Shown here: one piece after another, positions 50,387 to 63,420 of the stretch | How positions within the stretch are numbered: the first letter of the stretch is position 1 | Layout of the letters: every line of letters begins with the position of its first letter | Assembly (NCBI RefSeq): GCF_947568905.1 | Contig: NC_079165.1 | Coordinates: 67,642,001 to 67,706,000 of the forward strand | Source of the DNA: Ostrea edulis | Lineage: Eukaryota | Direction: 5' to 3' | Length of the DNA stretch: 64,000 nucleotides | Notes under the pieces: generated by a model | Told to the model about the DNA's origin: nothing | What the model saw: only the letters and a program-made list of their open reading frames with translations | The model's database searches: none | Program-made: the position numbers and the translations under genes

Positions 50387-53042
50387 TTAATGGACAACTT
50401 CAAGATATGTGTCCCTTTGGCTGGTTAGCTCGCTTTGACAGATCGATGGACTTTCCACTTCAAAGGTCTGACACTCGGTCCGACTTCCGCTTTCTGACAT
50501 CCCTTTTGGTGGCGAACCTATCACGTCTATATACGTGTTTAACATACATACTGGTTTCAGGTAAGAATTATCTGGGGATTCATAAAGTGTGTCGGTCACA
50601 ACATCCAGATAATCTGAACGTCTCTCTTCCAAACTCTCATCTTCTTGTCTAACACTTGGTTCTTCTGGTTTAATATCGATCACTTTATTCCTTAATTTTG
50701 GACGCATTGCTTTTGTGACATCACAGATATCAATTTTCAAATCATCTTCGTTTGAGTTTTGTTGTTTTATTGACGGTTGCGACTCGATTTTGTCGTATCT
50801 TGAAATATTTTCCAGCATGCCAGACTCGTTGATTTCTACATAAGCCTCTTCCTCTGCTTCGTTTGTAGCCAAGGACTTAGGCTTTTGACTTGCGGAGATG
50901 TTTTTCCTACGCTTTTTCAGTTTTCCGTGAATCTGGTTAATTATTATTATGGTCAGAAATAAAGATAAAACAGGTCCCGTGATTATGATGACCTGCAAAG
51001 TTTGTGAGTTACCTCCAGCAACTGACTTAGGAGTCACAGAATTTGTTTCCTTGGATACCACTTCTAAGATAGGAATGATATCCGTAGAAACAGGATATAC
51101 TTTGTCTACTTTTGAATTGTAAGGATTTCTCATTGATGTTGTTTCCACTTTTATTGAATTTGGTGTTGACTCCATGTCGTTTCCTGCTTTGATACTTGTA
51201 GAAGGAGTGTACGCTGTTATAAATTTAGAATTGTTATCATTTTTACATGCTTTATATAAATGTATGAAATTAGAATTGTTCTCCTTATATAATCCATTCA
51301 ATTAGTCATCATATACACCAATTCGTTGATACTTAGATGAAATCAACATTTAGTAAAAGCATATAGAATTTGTATATGCTTCATAAACCTTTCTATACAC
51401 TTATTGGCAGATATTCTGATTTACCCTTTGTACGTCTATCGATAGTTATTTATACTCCTTTTCTGTACTTACCAGTTAGTCTGCCACAGCCTTTATACAC
51501 TTACCGTTATTCATTCTGATATACCATTTGTACACCTATCGATAATTCTTCTGATAAACATTTTGTACACTTAGCGGTAGTTATTCTGATAAACATTTTG
51601 TACGCTTAGCGGCAGTTATTTTGACAAATCCTTTATACATATATCCTTACTTATTGTAATACTGCCTTTATACAATTACTCATATCCATTCTCATAAACT
51701 CTTATTTGTACTTATATCGATAGTCTTATCATCGTTTACCGTTCGTCGATATTATATCCCCTTTGTATGCTTACCTGTACCGGTTGTTATTCTAAAATAT
51801 ATTTAGTAAACATACCATTGTTATGCTGGTACACTCTCTGTACGTTTTCTGGTGCTTATTTTGATGTACACTCTGTACATTTACCGGTACTTATTCTGTA
51901 CCACGTTTTCCACGCTTACTAGCAATTTTTCTGATATTCAATCTTTGTGCACTTACCGGTATATATCCTATAACATCCTTTTTATCTTATCACATCCTTT
52001 GTACACTTACGGCATTGTTCTTTGTAACTTACTAATATTTAGTCTGTTTCACCATTTGTACATTCACCTGAAGCTTGTTCATAAACCTTCGTATTCTTAC
52101 CGGTATCGATTCTGACACATCCTTTATAGGGATTGCACTCCTCATCCGGACTACATGTACACCGGTGCCCACAGTTCTTCCCGTAGAGCGGAGGTGAACA
52201 AGTTAAGGAACAGTTATCTCCATATGAACCCACAGGACAGGCTAAATACAAACAATAATAAATATAACACTCCCAGTGTTGTTCTTAATGTCTTAGGTGC
52301 AATGTACATAACGCGTTATTGTATGCATTGTTTTATGTGAAAAATCCAAGCTTAGAGCAAACTCCTGAATAATTAATTATTTGTATTTGTTCTTATATTT
52401 CACTCTTTCGATCATACTATTGCTGAATCATAGAATGACTTACGAATGCATTTCCCATTGTAACGGTAAAAATTCGTACAGCACTCGCCTCTGGAAAAAT
52501 GTTTTATGATTAAATTTTATCTTGCAATAAATATATGACAAACAACTACACAATGTCATTTTGAATATGTTTCCCAAGAGTGAAATTTTGACATTGCTAT
52601 CGTAAAGGTATAATTTAATCACATATACAGAAAAAAATTACACCTGCAAATATATGTAATACATGCATACATACATACATATATAGTTTCACGCCACTAC
52701 TAAATTCATGTTATTTACAAAGATAACATCCAAAGTCGGACTTCCAATATCATTGAGACCACTTGCTATTTTGTAACATTGATACATTTGCCGTTTTTGC
52801 CTCTATTATAAAAACCCTGTAATATAATGTATCCAGTAAATTTGAAATTCTCATTAGAAAAATCAATAACCTGTCTATTCCATAAGTTCGATATTTATCT
52901 GCATATACCCTTCTTCTACGTACCCATCGTTAACACAGCTGCCTTTAGTTGTATTTACATTGAGTGATAAAACCAATAAAGCCAATCTTATGTTTCGACC
53001 TCTCCATGAATTAAAAATCCTCATTTGAAATATTGAATCCAT
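50387..53042 (-). CDS. Paralog D: intact single-pass EGF-repeat receptor (CED-1/MEGF10/SREC-like), 4 exons, 377 aa
   Basis: Exons 52924-53042 (MDSIFQMRIFNSWRGRNIRLALLVLSLNVNTTKGSCVNDG, donor gtacgt), 52444-52490 (GECCTNFYRYNGKCI), 52101-52241 (CPVGSYGDNCSLTCSPPLYGKNCGHRCTCSPDEECNPYKGC), 50387-51213 (Ser/Thr stalk, TM VIIITGPVLSLFLTIIIINQI, KKRRK stop-transfer, Tyr-rich tail). All GT-AG, phases 2/1/1 compatible, total 1134 nt with no internal stop. Confidence 0.85.
51430..52050. repeat. Degenerate 35-bp minisatellite, intron 3 of D
   Basis: Recognisable units such as ttattctgataaacattttgtacacttagcggtag, but heavily diverged. Confidence 0.75.
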
Positions 53043-53483
53043 TCCATATATGTTTTCTAAGTTTTAACTGGAAGCACCTTGATCAATTTCCCTTATAACA
53101 TTTATTTTTATTAATGATAATCAAGTGTGTTATACATGCATCCTGTTAGAATGTTAGAAAACGCGGAAACTCCATTGATTGTGATGCAATTTTCAATCAC
53201 AGGAAACAAATTGTAGATTGGAACTGATCAGACTCTTTACATAATGATCGTTTATAAACGACCAGGTTGGACAATAGGCATATCTGAAACGAAATTGAAT
53301 TTTCTTCCAAACTGATACCAGTCTATTCGTAGTCACTGGTTTCTGAATACATATGGTTGAGAATAATAGCTAGTTTTTGGCCATTATAAAAAATGATAAG
53401 AATGTCCTTATTTGTGACTTTGTTCACAGTATAGTCATGTTTCATTAACCATCATTTGTTTTGTTGATCCAACCTAATTACTG

Positions 53484-53610
53484 TCCCGTGGGAATCCGGG
53501 TTACAATAAGTCCTCAGTAAACCTTGATTGTCGTAAGAGGGGACTAAATTGGACGATCCTTCGGGTGAGACCGCAAAAACCGAGACCTCGTGTCCCGGCA
53601 GGTGTGATAT
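53484..53610 (+). mobile_element. Same head-less SINE-like family, 3'-truncated
   Basis: tcccgtgggaatccgggttacaat... Confidence 0.8.
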
Positions 53611-53614
53611 TGCA

Positions 53615-54185
53615 TCACAATATATTAGCGGCAAACTAATAGATCAACTTAATGAGAAACGGGATGATTTCAGCTTCTCCATCGTCAACTTCCCATATTT
53701 ATGTAGCATTATTGCATTATCACCTGCATATGGTGTTTATATCTTGCAACTGATTCGATACGCAAGAGCTTCCTCTGCGAATGGTCAGTTTTTAAATCAA
53801 AGCAGCCTACTGACAAACAAGTTTATGATACAGGGGTTGCAAAAGTCTCATTTAATGTCAGTATTTCGCAAATTATATAGTCGTTATAACAATCTAGTTT
53901 GCCAATACAGCCTATCATTGGGTCATATGCTCTCTGACCTGTTTCATACCGATTGTTGAGCTGTTCTTGGCACACTGATTTTGACTACGGATAAGTCCTT
54001 TTAGCTGGTCAAGATATAGAGCTGACGACGGGTGTGACCGGTCGACAGAGAATGCTTACTCCTCCTAGACACCTGATCCCACCTCTGGTATATCCAGGGG
54101 TCCGTGTTTGCTCAACTCTCTATTTTGTATTGCTTATAGGAGTTATATGAGATTGATCACTGTTCGCTATCTTCGTCTTTCATTG
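53615..54185 (+). mobile_element. Penelope-like 3' fragment upstream of gene D
   Basis: ORF 53549-53959 C-terminal part (EKRDDFSFSIVNFPYL...DLFHTDC*) plus UTR. Confidence 0.85.
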
Positions 54186-55424
54186 CACATCATGATAACA
54201 TGGAAACATCAGAAAAAGAATTTGTAATATAAATATAAAGTGGAAAGAGGCAAAGGCATACCGACAATATCAGATGGAATTTTAAATACAATAGGAGAAA
54301 AGTATGAGGGAAGATAACAATATACAGAAAATATATATCATACGACACTCAAATACAAAAATTGAAAAGAAGAAAATAATAACCATAAAATATTGCTCTG
54401 CTTTTATTACACAAATGATTAATTCATGTACACGTATGATCTAAATCAAGAAAAACAAGCAATTTGTCAATTAATTTTCATTTATAGGGGAAAAATTTAG
54501 AAACAAAACAAAATATATTACCCCAAGGGAACTGCGTACCGGTCATTCGTTAGGATTTGAAACACTGGTGCTGACGACGAACTAGTTATTTCTGTTTGGA
54601 GCTGTTTACTTACTCCTAGGATATATACAAACAATCATCCTTACTACTATTGTTGTTATTGTATTGTTGTTGTTGTTAACACCTGAATGTACAGATAAAT
54701 CTTCAGCCTGTCCTATAAACCGCCCATTTTTGCCTCGTGGTTTCGGATAAACGTTTTTATTTGCCGTTGATATTGTGATAGCAATCTGTATTAAGTTAGT
54801 ATAAAGAACATTATCTCTTACGTGAATATGTAAGAGTTACAAAACTTCGAAGTGAAATTCACGTTTTACAATGGCAACTGCGACTCAGACTTCTTAAGTA
54901 TCGGGATTTGTTTGCAAATGAAGAGAAAAAGCACAGTGTGACATTTTAGATCTTACACCTTTATCAATCTGGAGATATTTTTTTGATTTAAAAAATAAAG
55001 AATTTTTCTTTATCGTCGTAGTTCAATCAATTAATGTGATTCGATACCGGTTCAGTAAAGAAACGTAAATCCAATACTCTTATATGTAGAATATGACAAA
55101 TAACCACACATTTTGCAATAGTTCTGTGCAATAGTGGAACACGCAAAGCTTGATTTTCCCCAATAGAGACCAGAGTAGGATTAAATAAAAACAAAAGTTA
55201 CGACTGTCGAGAAGAAACAAAACGTTTTTACCCAGTGTCATTAACACCATATTGCAAGGATATGGTCCAAAAATAGTGTAGAAATAGTGAATGATCTTTG
55301 GGATTGGTCGACCCGTGACTTTCACTTCTGATACTGGACGCTTGGCGAAGGAACAGTTATAACCTTTTTCAGAAGTCTTTATACGGCGTTGGGATCAAGA
55401 TTCGAAGCGAGCGCAATAGCCTCT

Positions 55425-56790
55425 AGACTATATCCTGATCGGGTAAACGGAGTTATCCGTAGTCAAAATCAGTGTGCCAAGAACGGCCTAACAATCGGTA
55501 TGAAACACGTCAGACAGCATTTGACCCAATGATAGGTTGTATATAATTTAAAAGCTGTACAGCAAGTCGTAGAAAATCTTTACAAAAGAGTATATTGTAA
55601 ATAATATAAGTTTTTAGAAAACAATGAAATCTTAATTTAAAAAGGAAAGAAAAAAAAACAACCAACCAGTTACCTGAAATAGAGAACTAGTCATATTTTA
55701 GTCACAGTCGTAACACGCGTAAGCTGTTGTTTGAAAATTGAAAAGGGCGGGGGGGGGGGCATATAAACTTACAACACTAAATAAACACATATATGATGAG
55801 GTGTGTGAGTTATTGAGTTAATGTGTGCCTGAGATTGGGTATGAGTATACAGAATACATAAACCTTTAACCTACCATCATTCTTATAATCCATAGCGGTG
55901 GATCTAGGAGCCGCGCATATATGTCTGTGCGCACGTGCTTCTCTATGCTGAACGTCAGGGTACTGGATAATGAGTTCCAAAATACGTTTCATGTAATATT
56001 TAATTATAACTTATCTTGTTCTGTGGATGGCGGTATTTGACATTGCAACAAATTTTAGTCACGATGCAAGATACACTATCTGTTCTTGTCGAGATAGCTA
56101 TCGCAACAAAATGAAATAACTTACCTTGACTACACGAGATATACTTTGGTTTATGTCAAGAAAACCAGAATATTATCTTGACTTGGCGAGATAGTTATCT
56201 TGACTTGACATAATATCTTATGTTGACAAAAATTATCTGGATCGCATAAATATGCCACCATACGTTTGTTATACAATTGAGTTGTCAGTTTGCCCTTAAT
56301 GTTTACTTTAAATAAAATATCTAAGTATGAAGCAGAAGTGGACGACTCTGTGGTGTCTTGTATTTAGAGCTCACAGGGATATATCGAATCGATTTATGAA
56401 TGAAAAGTGTATATGATCAATTCTTAACCGAAACTAGCTATTGACAATTTTTTTTAAATGTTACAAGGGTTTGAACAATCTCGTTTGAAGTCAGCATTTC
56501 GCAAATTCTATGGTCGTCATAATAATCTAATTCGCAAATTCAACCTGTCTTTAGGTCCAATGCAATCTGAAGTATTTCTCCAAATATAACTATGGGTTAC
56601 TCCGTTTATCTGACCAAGATAGAGGGTTTACGGCGGGTATGTACTGTCAACAGAGGATGCTTACCCCCCCTGGGCACCTGATCCCATCTCTGGTATGTTC
56701 AGAGGTCCGTGTTAGCCTTAATCTTTATTTTGAATTCTTTATGGGGTTTATGAAATTGATCACTGTTCGTTATCCTCACCTTTTTATGAA
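55425..56790. mobile_element. Cluster of Penelope-like fragments (minus 55425-55545 and 56265-56410; plus 56470-56790) with an intervening TIR-like element at about 56025-56262
   Basis: UTR and RT similarity; imperfect inverted ends atggcggtattt / aaatatgccaccat with internal atcttgac repeats. Confidence 0.65.
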
Positions 56791-57685
56791 CGAACTCATT
56801 AACTACATTGTAAACATACATGAATTAGGCAGAACGAAAGGTGATACAAGATAATCCTACACCATGAAATGATAATCTAATGGATTGGGAATGCACATTA
56901 CATTATTACCTAAGCATTGTATCGCTTGATGTATTTAAAACAATGCTATATATCATAGATTTTGTTTGACACAAAGTCAAAGTCGGTTTTTGTCAATAAA
57001 TGGCATTTCTACTATGAATGTATATTTTAATTATGTACACGATTAATATCGTATTCTATATTAGTCGAAATGGGAATGTAAAATCAACTTTAGTTATTCA
57101 TTTAATATAATTCAATAATGGTAGTAAACATGCTGCAACAATATCAGTAACGTCTCTTGGTTGTGTTAGTTTATTAATGAAATGGGATAAAGGTCCACAC
57201 AAACAAAGTATCACGAAATCAATTTCATTTAAAACAGGAAGTCATGGACACTGTGATACCATCTTATTTGTGAAGCCCATTTCATGATTTTTTTTCCCAA
57301 TGGAACAAAAACCTGTGTACGCTGCCCAATAATCATCCTTACATGTACTTCAAAAGTAGATCAAACAAATACAGAAGTTTTACACTAGCATATTCACATT
57401 TCCAATGTTTTTGCCTTTGACGAATTGAATGTGAACAATATGCATATGAATTTTGAAAAATATAGTACGACTATTTTAACGGCTTGGAATTCCGACAGAA
57501 ATGAAAATGAAATGTAATTATAAAAAGTAAATTTCGTTTTCAGAAATACATATGGGTATAAACAGCAATGTTTCACACTAGCATACTTCATAAAAAGTAT
57601 GCTGGCGTGAAGCATCGCAGTCCATGTCCTCATGTAGTTTTAAAGTCTTGCACAAATCAAATCTCTATGACTATGCATATGTTGT

Positions 57686-60600
57686 CTACACAATCACTAA
57701 ACTCCACAATGTGGTTATCATACACAGTAGTATTCCTTGTTTATGAATATCGATAGCTGAAGAGTAATAATTCTGCGTTGTCAGATCTGATGTCGGTCTG
57801 TATGACGGTGAGGGACTTGGAAAGCATCCGTACATGGCATCCAACATGGCGGTACCCGATGAACCTATACGACATGTAGACTGGCGCGTAGAATTGTTTA
57901 TCAAGAATGCCATGGTAACTTCTTCTCCAGGTTTGCCCCTGATACCCACTCGCATGTTGATTTCGGCATGTACAATGTTAGTAACTCTCTCAGGCGACAT
58001 GGGTACCCATTTAGAAATTTCTCCAAATATAACTATATCTGTTCCGTTCCTGTAAATATAACAGTATAGTACGTGTTACGACATAGTGATCTTTCTACTG
58101 CATGATTCACACGGATGAGGTGGAAAACTGGTACTTACAAACCAGGTTCTCTGACACTGAACAAGTACAAGAAGAAGTCCTCACGCGTACAGTTGCCGAG
58201 GACTAACGTGTGATCATCATCAAATTGCTGCCACATCTCCGGTAAACCGAAAGGGAAGGCAGGAGATTGCTTAAGCTGTAGGTATAACGTGTTTAAAGCA
58301 GCAAGACTTTACTTGACTTCAATACAAATTATTTCCTTTATACATGTAGTTTGTTATTTATCCTGCGTGATGGGACAATATATCATTGTTAATTTAATTA
58401 ACAAGATTAGTAACTGAAATGGTCGTTGTTTAATGAGACTATCTCGGAATCATGTGTCCCGAATACTTATTGGGACTAAACTCACACTCTCTGAGTTCAT
58501 AGACTGGTACTTGGAATCCTATGTCTGAATACTTATTGTTTCTATACTGGTGCTGACTGGGAGTGATTTGTCTGGATACTAAGTTTGAATATACAAACAC
58601 TATCTGGAAACCCTGTGTCCGAGAACTTGACCGTGTATGGAGATGACAGATTGGCTGCCATAAGAATGCCAAAGTCACGTGGACGGTCAGAGACGATGGT
58701 TGTATATAAGATCCACATTTCCCCTACAAGACGATCAGCGGATGGAATGGCAGCCTGTAAATCAAAAACCATGTATCAATGGATAACGAAGAAAATAATT
58801 CATTTGAGACCTTAATGAAAGGGAAAGATAACGAACAGTGATCAATCTCATAACTCCTATAAGGAATACAAAATAGAGAGTTGGGCAAACACGAACCCCT
58901 GGACACACCAGAGGTGGGATCAGGTGCCTAATCTGAGAGGGAAAAGGTAACCAATTAAGGTCTCAGAGACATTTGCATATCTTTACCAGGAATTTAGTAT
59001 TCTGAGGATACAAAGCGGAAATTCTTTACAACTAGAAAGTATCAGCCGGGGACTGAAGGTGGATTGTTTTACAGGCAGAAAATACCACTTTTCTTCCAAT
59101 TAGACAGCATAGCCCCCGCTGGTAATGCAACGTACTACCAGAAGGGATTTCCTTACCGTTATATTGTACAGTACTAGTTGGGAATTCCATACAGTAAAAC
59201 AGTTGAGCACTAACTGGGAGTTTCTTACATTTAGACAGCCTAGTACACGATACCAACCCGGAATTCCTTACAGTTAGACAACACAGTACCATCTCAGAAT
59301 TCCTTACAATCACACAGTGTCATCTAGGTTATTTCTTACAGCTGGTCAGTTCCAGCCAGTTATTCATTACAATCAGATAATATTAGTCAGGAGATTCCTT
59401 ATACCCGTAGTCACAGTCGCTTACTTATCAATATGCTGCAAGAGGAAGGTGTCAACTCTGTCTAACTAATTACCAATGAACCGTTCGCGGAAACCTAATG
59501 GTTAGAATACTTCGCAATTGGGTGATTCTGGGTTCAATCTCCACCGAAGTATGTATAGTAACTGTTCTTTCGCTAAGCGTCTGGTATCAGAAGTGCAAAT
59601 CAGTTTCGGTTGAAACGTTAAAAACGAAAGTCCCGTTTAACGTTTCGTGTTGACACAAAAAAAACCCGCCCCTTGGAGATCCGGGTTAAAATAGATCCTC
59701 AGTATCCTTTGCTTATCGTAAAAGGCGAATAAATGGGGATGGTCCTTCGAGTGAGACCGCAAAATCCGAGGCCCAGTGTCACAGCAGGTGTAACACGATA
59801 AAGATCCCTCCCTGCTAAACGACCGTAAGCACCGAGTATAGGCCTCAATTTTACAGCCCTTCACTGGCAATGGTGACGTCTCCATGTGAATGAAAGATTC
59901 TCCAACGGAACGTTAAACAATTTACAACCAATCAACAATAAAGAACCCTCACTGCGACCTTAAGTTCCTTGCATTGGTGAAAAAATGTGGCATTTCACTT
60001 ACAGCTGATGACGTCCCTGTATGCATGATACATTCTCGAATGTGATATAAAACAACAATCATAAAAATCACATGATACATATTTAGTATTTCCATTGCTT
60101 AAATCACATGATAAAGTGAAATGTTGATGGGGAATTTGTCCGTGGAAACGTTACAGGAGGCATGTGGCTTCAATCTTGATGGCGGATAAGGAAATGATTT
60201 CCTTTCCCTTATATTCAACCATCTCCTTATCTTATACGCTATCCTCAAGCTTTTTTACAATTGTAAGCAATACTTTTGTTTTCAACGACAACATAAGCGT
60301 TGTGTCATAGTTAGAAATGTGACAAATAAACGTACCTTGGAATTATTCTTGTATATTACAATCCTATATGTGTATAAAAGTGTAGGCCTCTTCTACGGAT
60401 ACAGACCTTGATTATTTGTCTGTCGATGGCAGTAGCAGGAAGCGAAGGTTTCAACATACGTCCGTTTCCATCACAACATTTCATGATGACATAGACATCT
60501 GAACTATTGATCTTGTCCCCTGGACCTACAGGTCCAGCACTAAGGGTCGATACTAACACCTCTAACACATGGTAGGGCTCCGTGACAGCTTCTTATCAAA

Positions 60601-60966
60601 CAAACTCATTACATATTTATACATGTACGTGAAACTTTAATTGCTTGTGTGAAAATCAACAACCTTGAAAACTCCTAATGTATTAGCGAAATTCATATCG
60701 TGATTCTTGATTTTTTAAAAATATTTTCATTCAAATATAATTGAAGAGGTGACAATATATCAAGGGTTCGTATCCCCTTCGTTAATACAAGATATAAAAT
60801 GAGCTGAACCTTAATACCTACCAGGGTAAAGTGGGTTGCCATTTTGCCGACGCGTAGACCAGAAAGTGTCTTTGTATGGCGTCAGACCAATAGCAGAAGT
60901 CAAAATAGATGATATTCCGATCCGCCGTTGCTCTGGATCCAAGTGATAATCCTCACTACCTCTTGC
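57686..60966 (-). CDS. Last five exons of an uncharacterised glycoside hydrolase-like (GH36/Sip1-like, inferred) protein with probable GPI-anchor signal; 5' part not located
   Basis: Exons 60822-60966 (ARGSEDY...KDTFWS), 60407-60591 (STLSAGPVGPGD...CCDGNGRMLKPSLP), 58599-58754, 58139-58275, 57686-58049 (GEISKWVPMSPER...SSAIDIHKQGILLCMITTLWSLVIV*). All GT-AG, phases 1/0/0/2 consistent, 987 nt open. Family assignment is from remembered motif similarity. Confidence 0.8.
58815..58930 (-). mobile_element. Short Penelope-like 3' tail in an intron of the hydrolase gene
   Basis: atgaaagggaaagataacgaacagtgatcaatctc...ggatcaggtgccta. Confidence 0.85.
59090..59405. repeat. Degenerate tandem repeat (attccttaca.ttagaca core) in a hydrolase intron
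   Basis: About seven irregularly spaced tt(c/t)cttac cores. Confidence 0.55.
59669..59940 (+). mobile_element. Same head-less SINE-like family, nested in an older tRNA-SINE (about 59480-60060)
   Basis: Full body with caatcaa tail; the host SINE resumes at aaagaaccctcactgc. Confidence 0.8.
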
Positions 60967-61654
60967 CTGCAATAAGGTAAATGTAACTTTCATATCTGAG
61001 ATTGTTGGCCTGGACTCACAATTTGTTAAATATTATTGATTACTCCACAGAGTATTAATCAGAGATATCTGAACAATCTTTTCTTTTCTTTTTAACCAAT
61101 GTTCATAGTTCCAAATGAAATAATTATAGGTTTTTGTTAATGTGAACTTATGAGAACCTGTACTTTCATATGATGATGGAGGTTTCAATGCAAATAAAGA
61201 CCTGTTAAGAGGATTACACTTTACTTAAACATTAATAGGTTTGGGAACAGCATCATTATCTTTAATTTTCAATCTTTGGTCCCTTTCTAAAGGTGAAATT
61301 GGATTTTGGTACTGGATACTCAATGCTGACGAAATGATCATGAGCATGCAATTCGGCAATTTTTTTCTGTCTGAAAACTTTTATTAATTAATAAGAAAAC
61401 GAGTGAAATCAGATCCAAACATCAAGAGCCCTTTTGGGGTTAAAACATAGATGATAGCGGAAAGGTTTCTGTCGATACCTACCCACACTCTTTCTAAAAT
61501 TTCATGAAACATTTTAGCAGAACAAACAATCATACCTTGGTGATTTCAAAATGGCATAAAGCAATAGTCGATATTGTGGATGCATATATTAATTGTCAGT
61601 AAAATGTATGTGGAGGATTTATAGCTTAATATGTGTTATTGGAACCACATTGAA

Positions 61655-62345
61655 CTATGGGACTAGTTTCATAAAACTATTTTACTAGCAAGATCTGTCT
61701 TAAGACCAAAATTTATCTTAAGATTCCCTCATAGCTGTTTCACAAACTGTCATATCTTATGATCACCGCAAGATGGCTAGAAATCTTAAGACATCAAGTT
61801 TGAAATGACGGCTGCCTATGTTAGATATTTCATATGGAGAAGACGTGCATTCAGGGACAGAAACAATTCATTAAACTATATGGAGGATATGTTCATAATC
61901 GACGAGTTTCGTTTGTCCTGATATGTAATCTTTGAACTGTGTGATGAATTCATCATTCGTTAAGAACATCCCACTAACAGATGACATTCATTTATTGTTT
62001 GTAGTCACAACAGAAGTAGTGGATAAAAATATACCAGGATCCCACATTTATTCTTTTAACAGGCGTTTATATCAAATACCATTCAATCCTTTCATTTTGT
62101 ATCACAATGTCTGTAATAAAATGATAGACAAACCGAGCGTAAAACCCTTTGATACACTTGATCACGACTATTGTAAAATCTAGTTTATCTACTTTAATAT
62201 TTCATATATATTTTCACAAATACACCTATGTAATTAAAAGATGATAAAAGAAACATGGCATTTTACAATGTAATATGTGTAATAAGATGTCAAGATCTAT
62301 CTTAAGATTTCGTAAAGCTAAGATAGTTTTGTGAAACGGTACTGT
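61655..62345. mobile_element. Probable non-autonomous TIR element (gtttca(c/t)aaaactat termini); another right-end-like copy at about 62815-62865
   Basis: Inverted gtttcataaaactatttta / taagatagttttgtgaaac with subterminal cttaagat repeats. Confidence 0.55.
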
Positions 62346-63372
62346 CGTATTTTATGATTATCATACGTCACATCTTTTAGTACACCTTGACGTGGTTGTA
62401 GATTTTATTTTAAAAAGTCTATTAAATTTACTGCTTTTTGAACGCAAAATTTGCCCCAGAAAACCAATATAATTATCAAAGGGGTTAAAAGAATTTCAAT
62501 TATTCATGTTAATTAACATAAATCAGTGTTATGTTTGAATAAAAAATCCAATCAAAAGTGTTTCATGATAACCAGAAATAAACATGTGCTTGCATAAAGA
62601 GAAATTCTAGTGATATACGTAAATGCATAACATGCTCTCTAAAAGGCACGTGGTTTCCATGGTAACAATGTGAAAAAATGAAAAATTTTTGTTTATTTTT
62701 TATTAGACTATGTATCATGAATATTTTATATCAGTTTCATCAAAATATATTTTTATGCCACTTTCCACATTTTTCACAAAATGTTTGATGTTTACTGATT
62801 TTGACTGTTATGAAGCTCTTATAATCTATCTTATGACAGATCTTAAGACTGTTTTGTGAAACCCTGGATGTGTTGTGTATTATTCGAACATATCTAAATA
62901 TTTGTTTGAAAAACCAATAACAAATCCAAAAACAATTGACCAAAAAGTTAACAACAAACATAAAAAACAAATACACTTCCCCTCATTAAAAAAAACCCAA
63001 GGAAAATAGCGAAAAAGATGGCCCTCCCATGCTTCTTCATCCTCTTCTATTTGAAAATGGATTTTCTTCATAATCTTTAAACTGAAATTCATGAACCGAC
63101 TGTCCTATACCATGTATTAAGAACACAATTTAAATCATACTCTGTACTATTGTACGACCCTGAAATGTGTATGTCTCTCAACTAATTCGATACACGAGAA
63201 CATGCTCTGTGTATGATCAATTTCCAAACTTAGGTAGGCTACACACAAATCACTTTATCGATTTTTCGCATTTGAGAAGCAGTAGACGATAACTGACGAT
63301 TGATTTCGCTGGTAAATGGACTTTATTCCCGTTCATCAGAACGATGCGAGAGATAAGACTTTGATAGCCTGT

Positions 63373-63374
<2 letters not shown>

Positions 63375-63420
<46 letters not shown>

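Noticed and set aside
61490-61600. Next upstream exon of the hydrolase gene (donor-like CCAAG|gtatga at about 61535)
   Set aside because: The phase-0 translation (ASTISTIALCHFEITK) does not resemble the expected upstream sequence; left unassigned.
63290-63350. Hammerhead ribozyme on the minus strand (CTGATGA...GAAA)
   Set aside because: Stem II lacks the closing G-C pair and I could not build stems I and III with a cleavage triplet.
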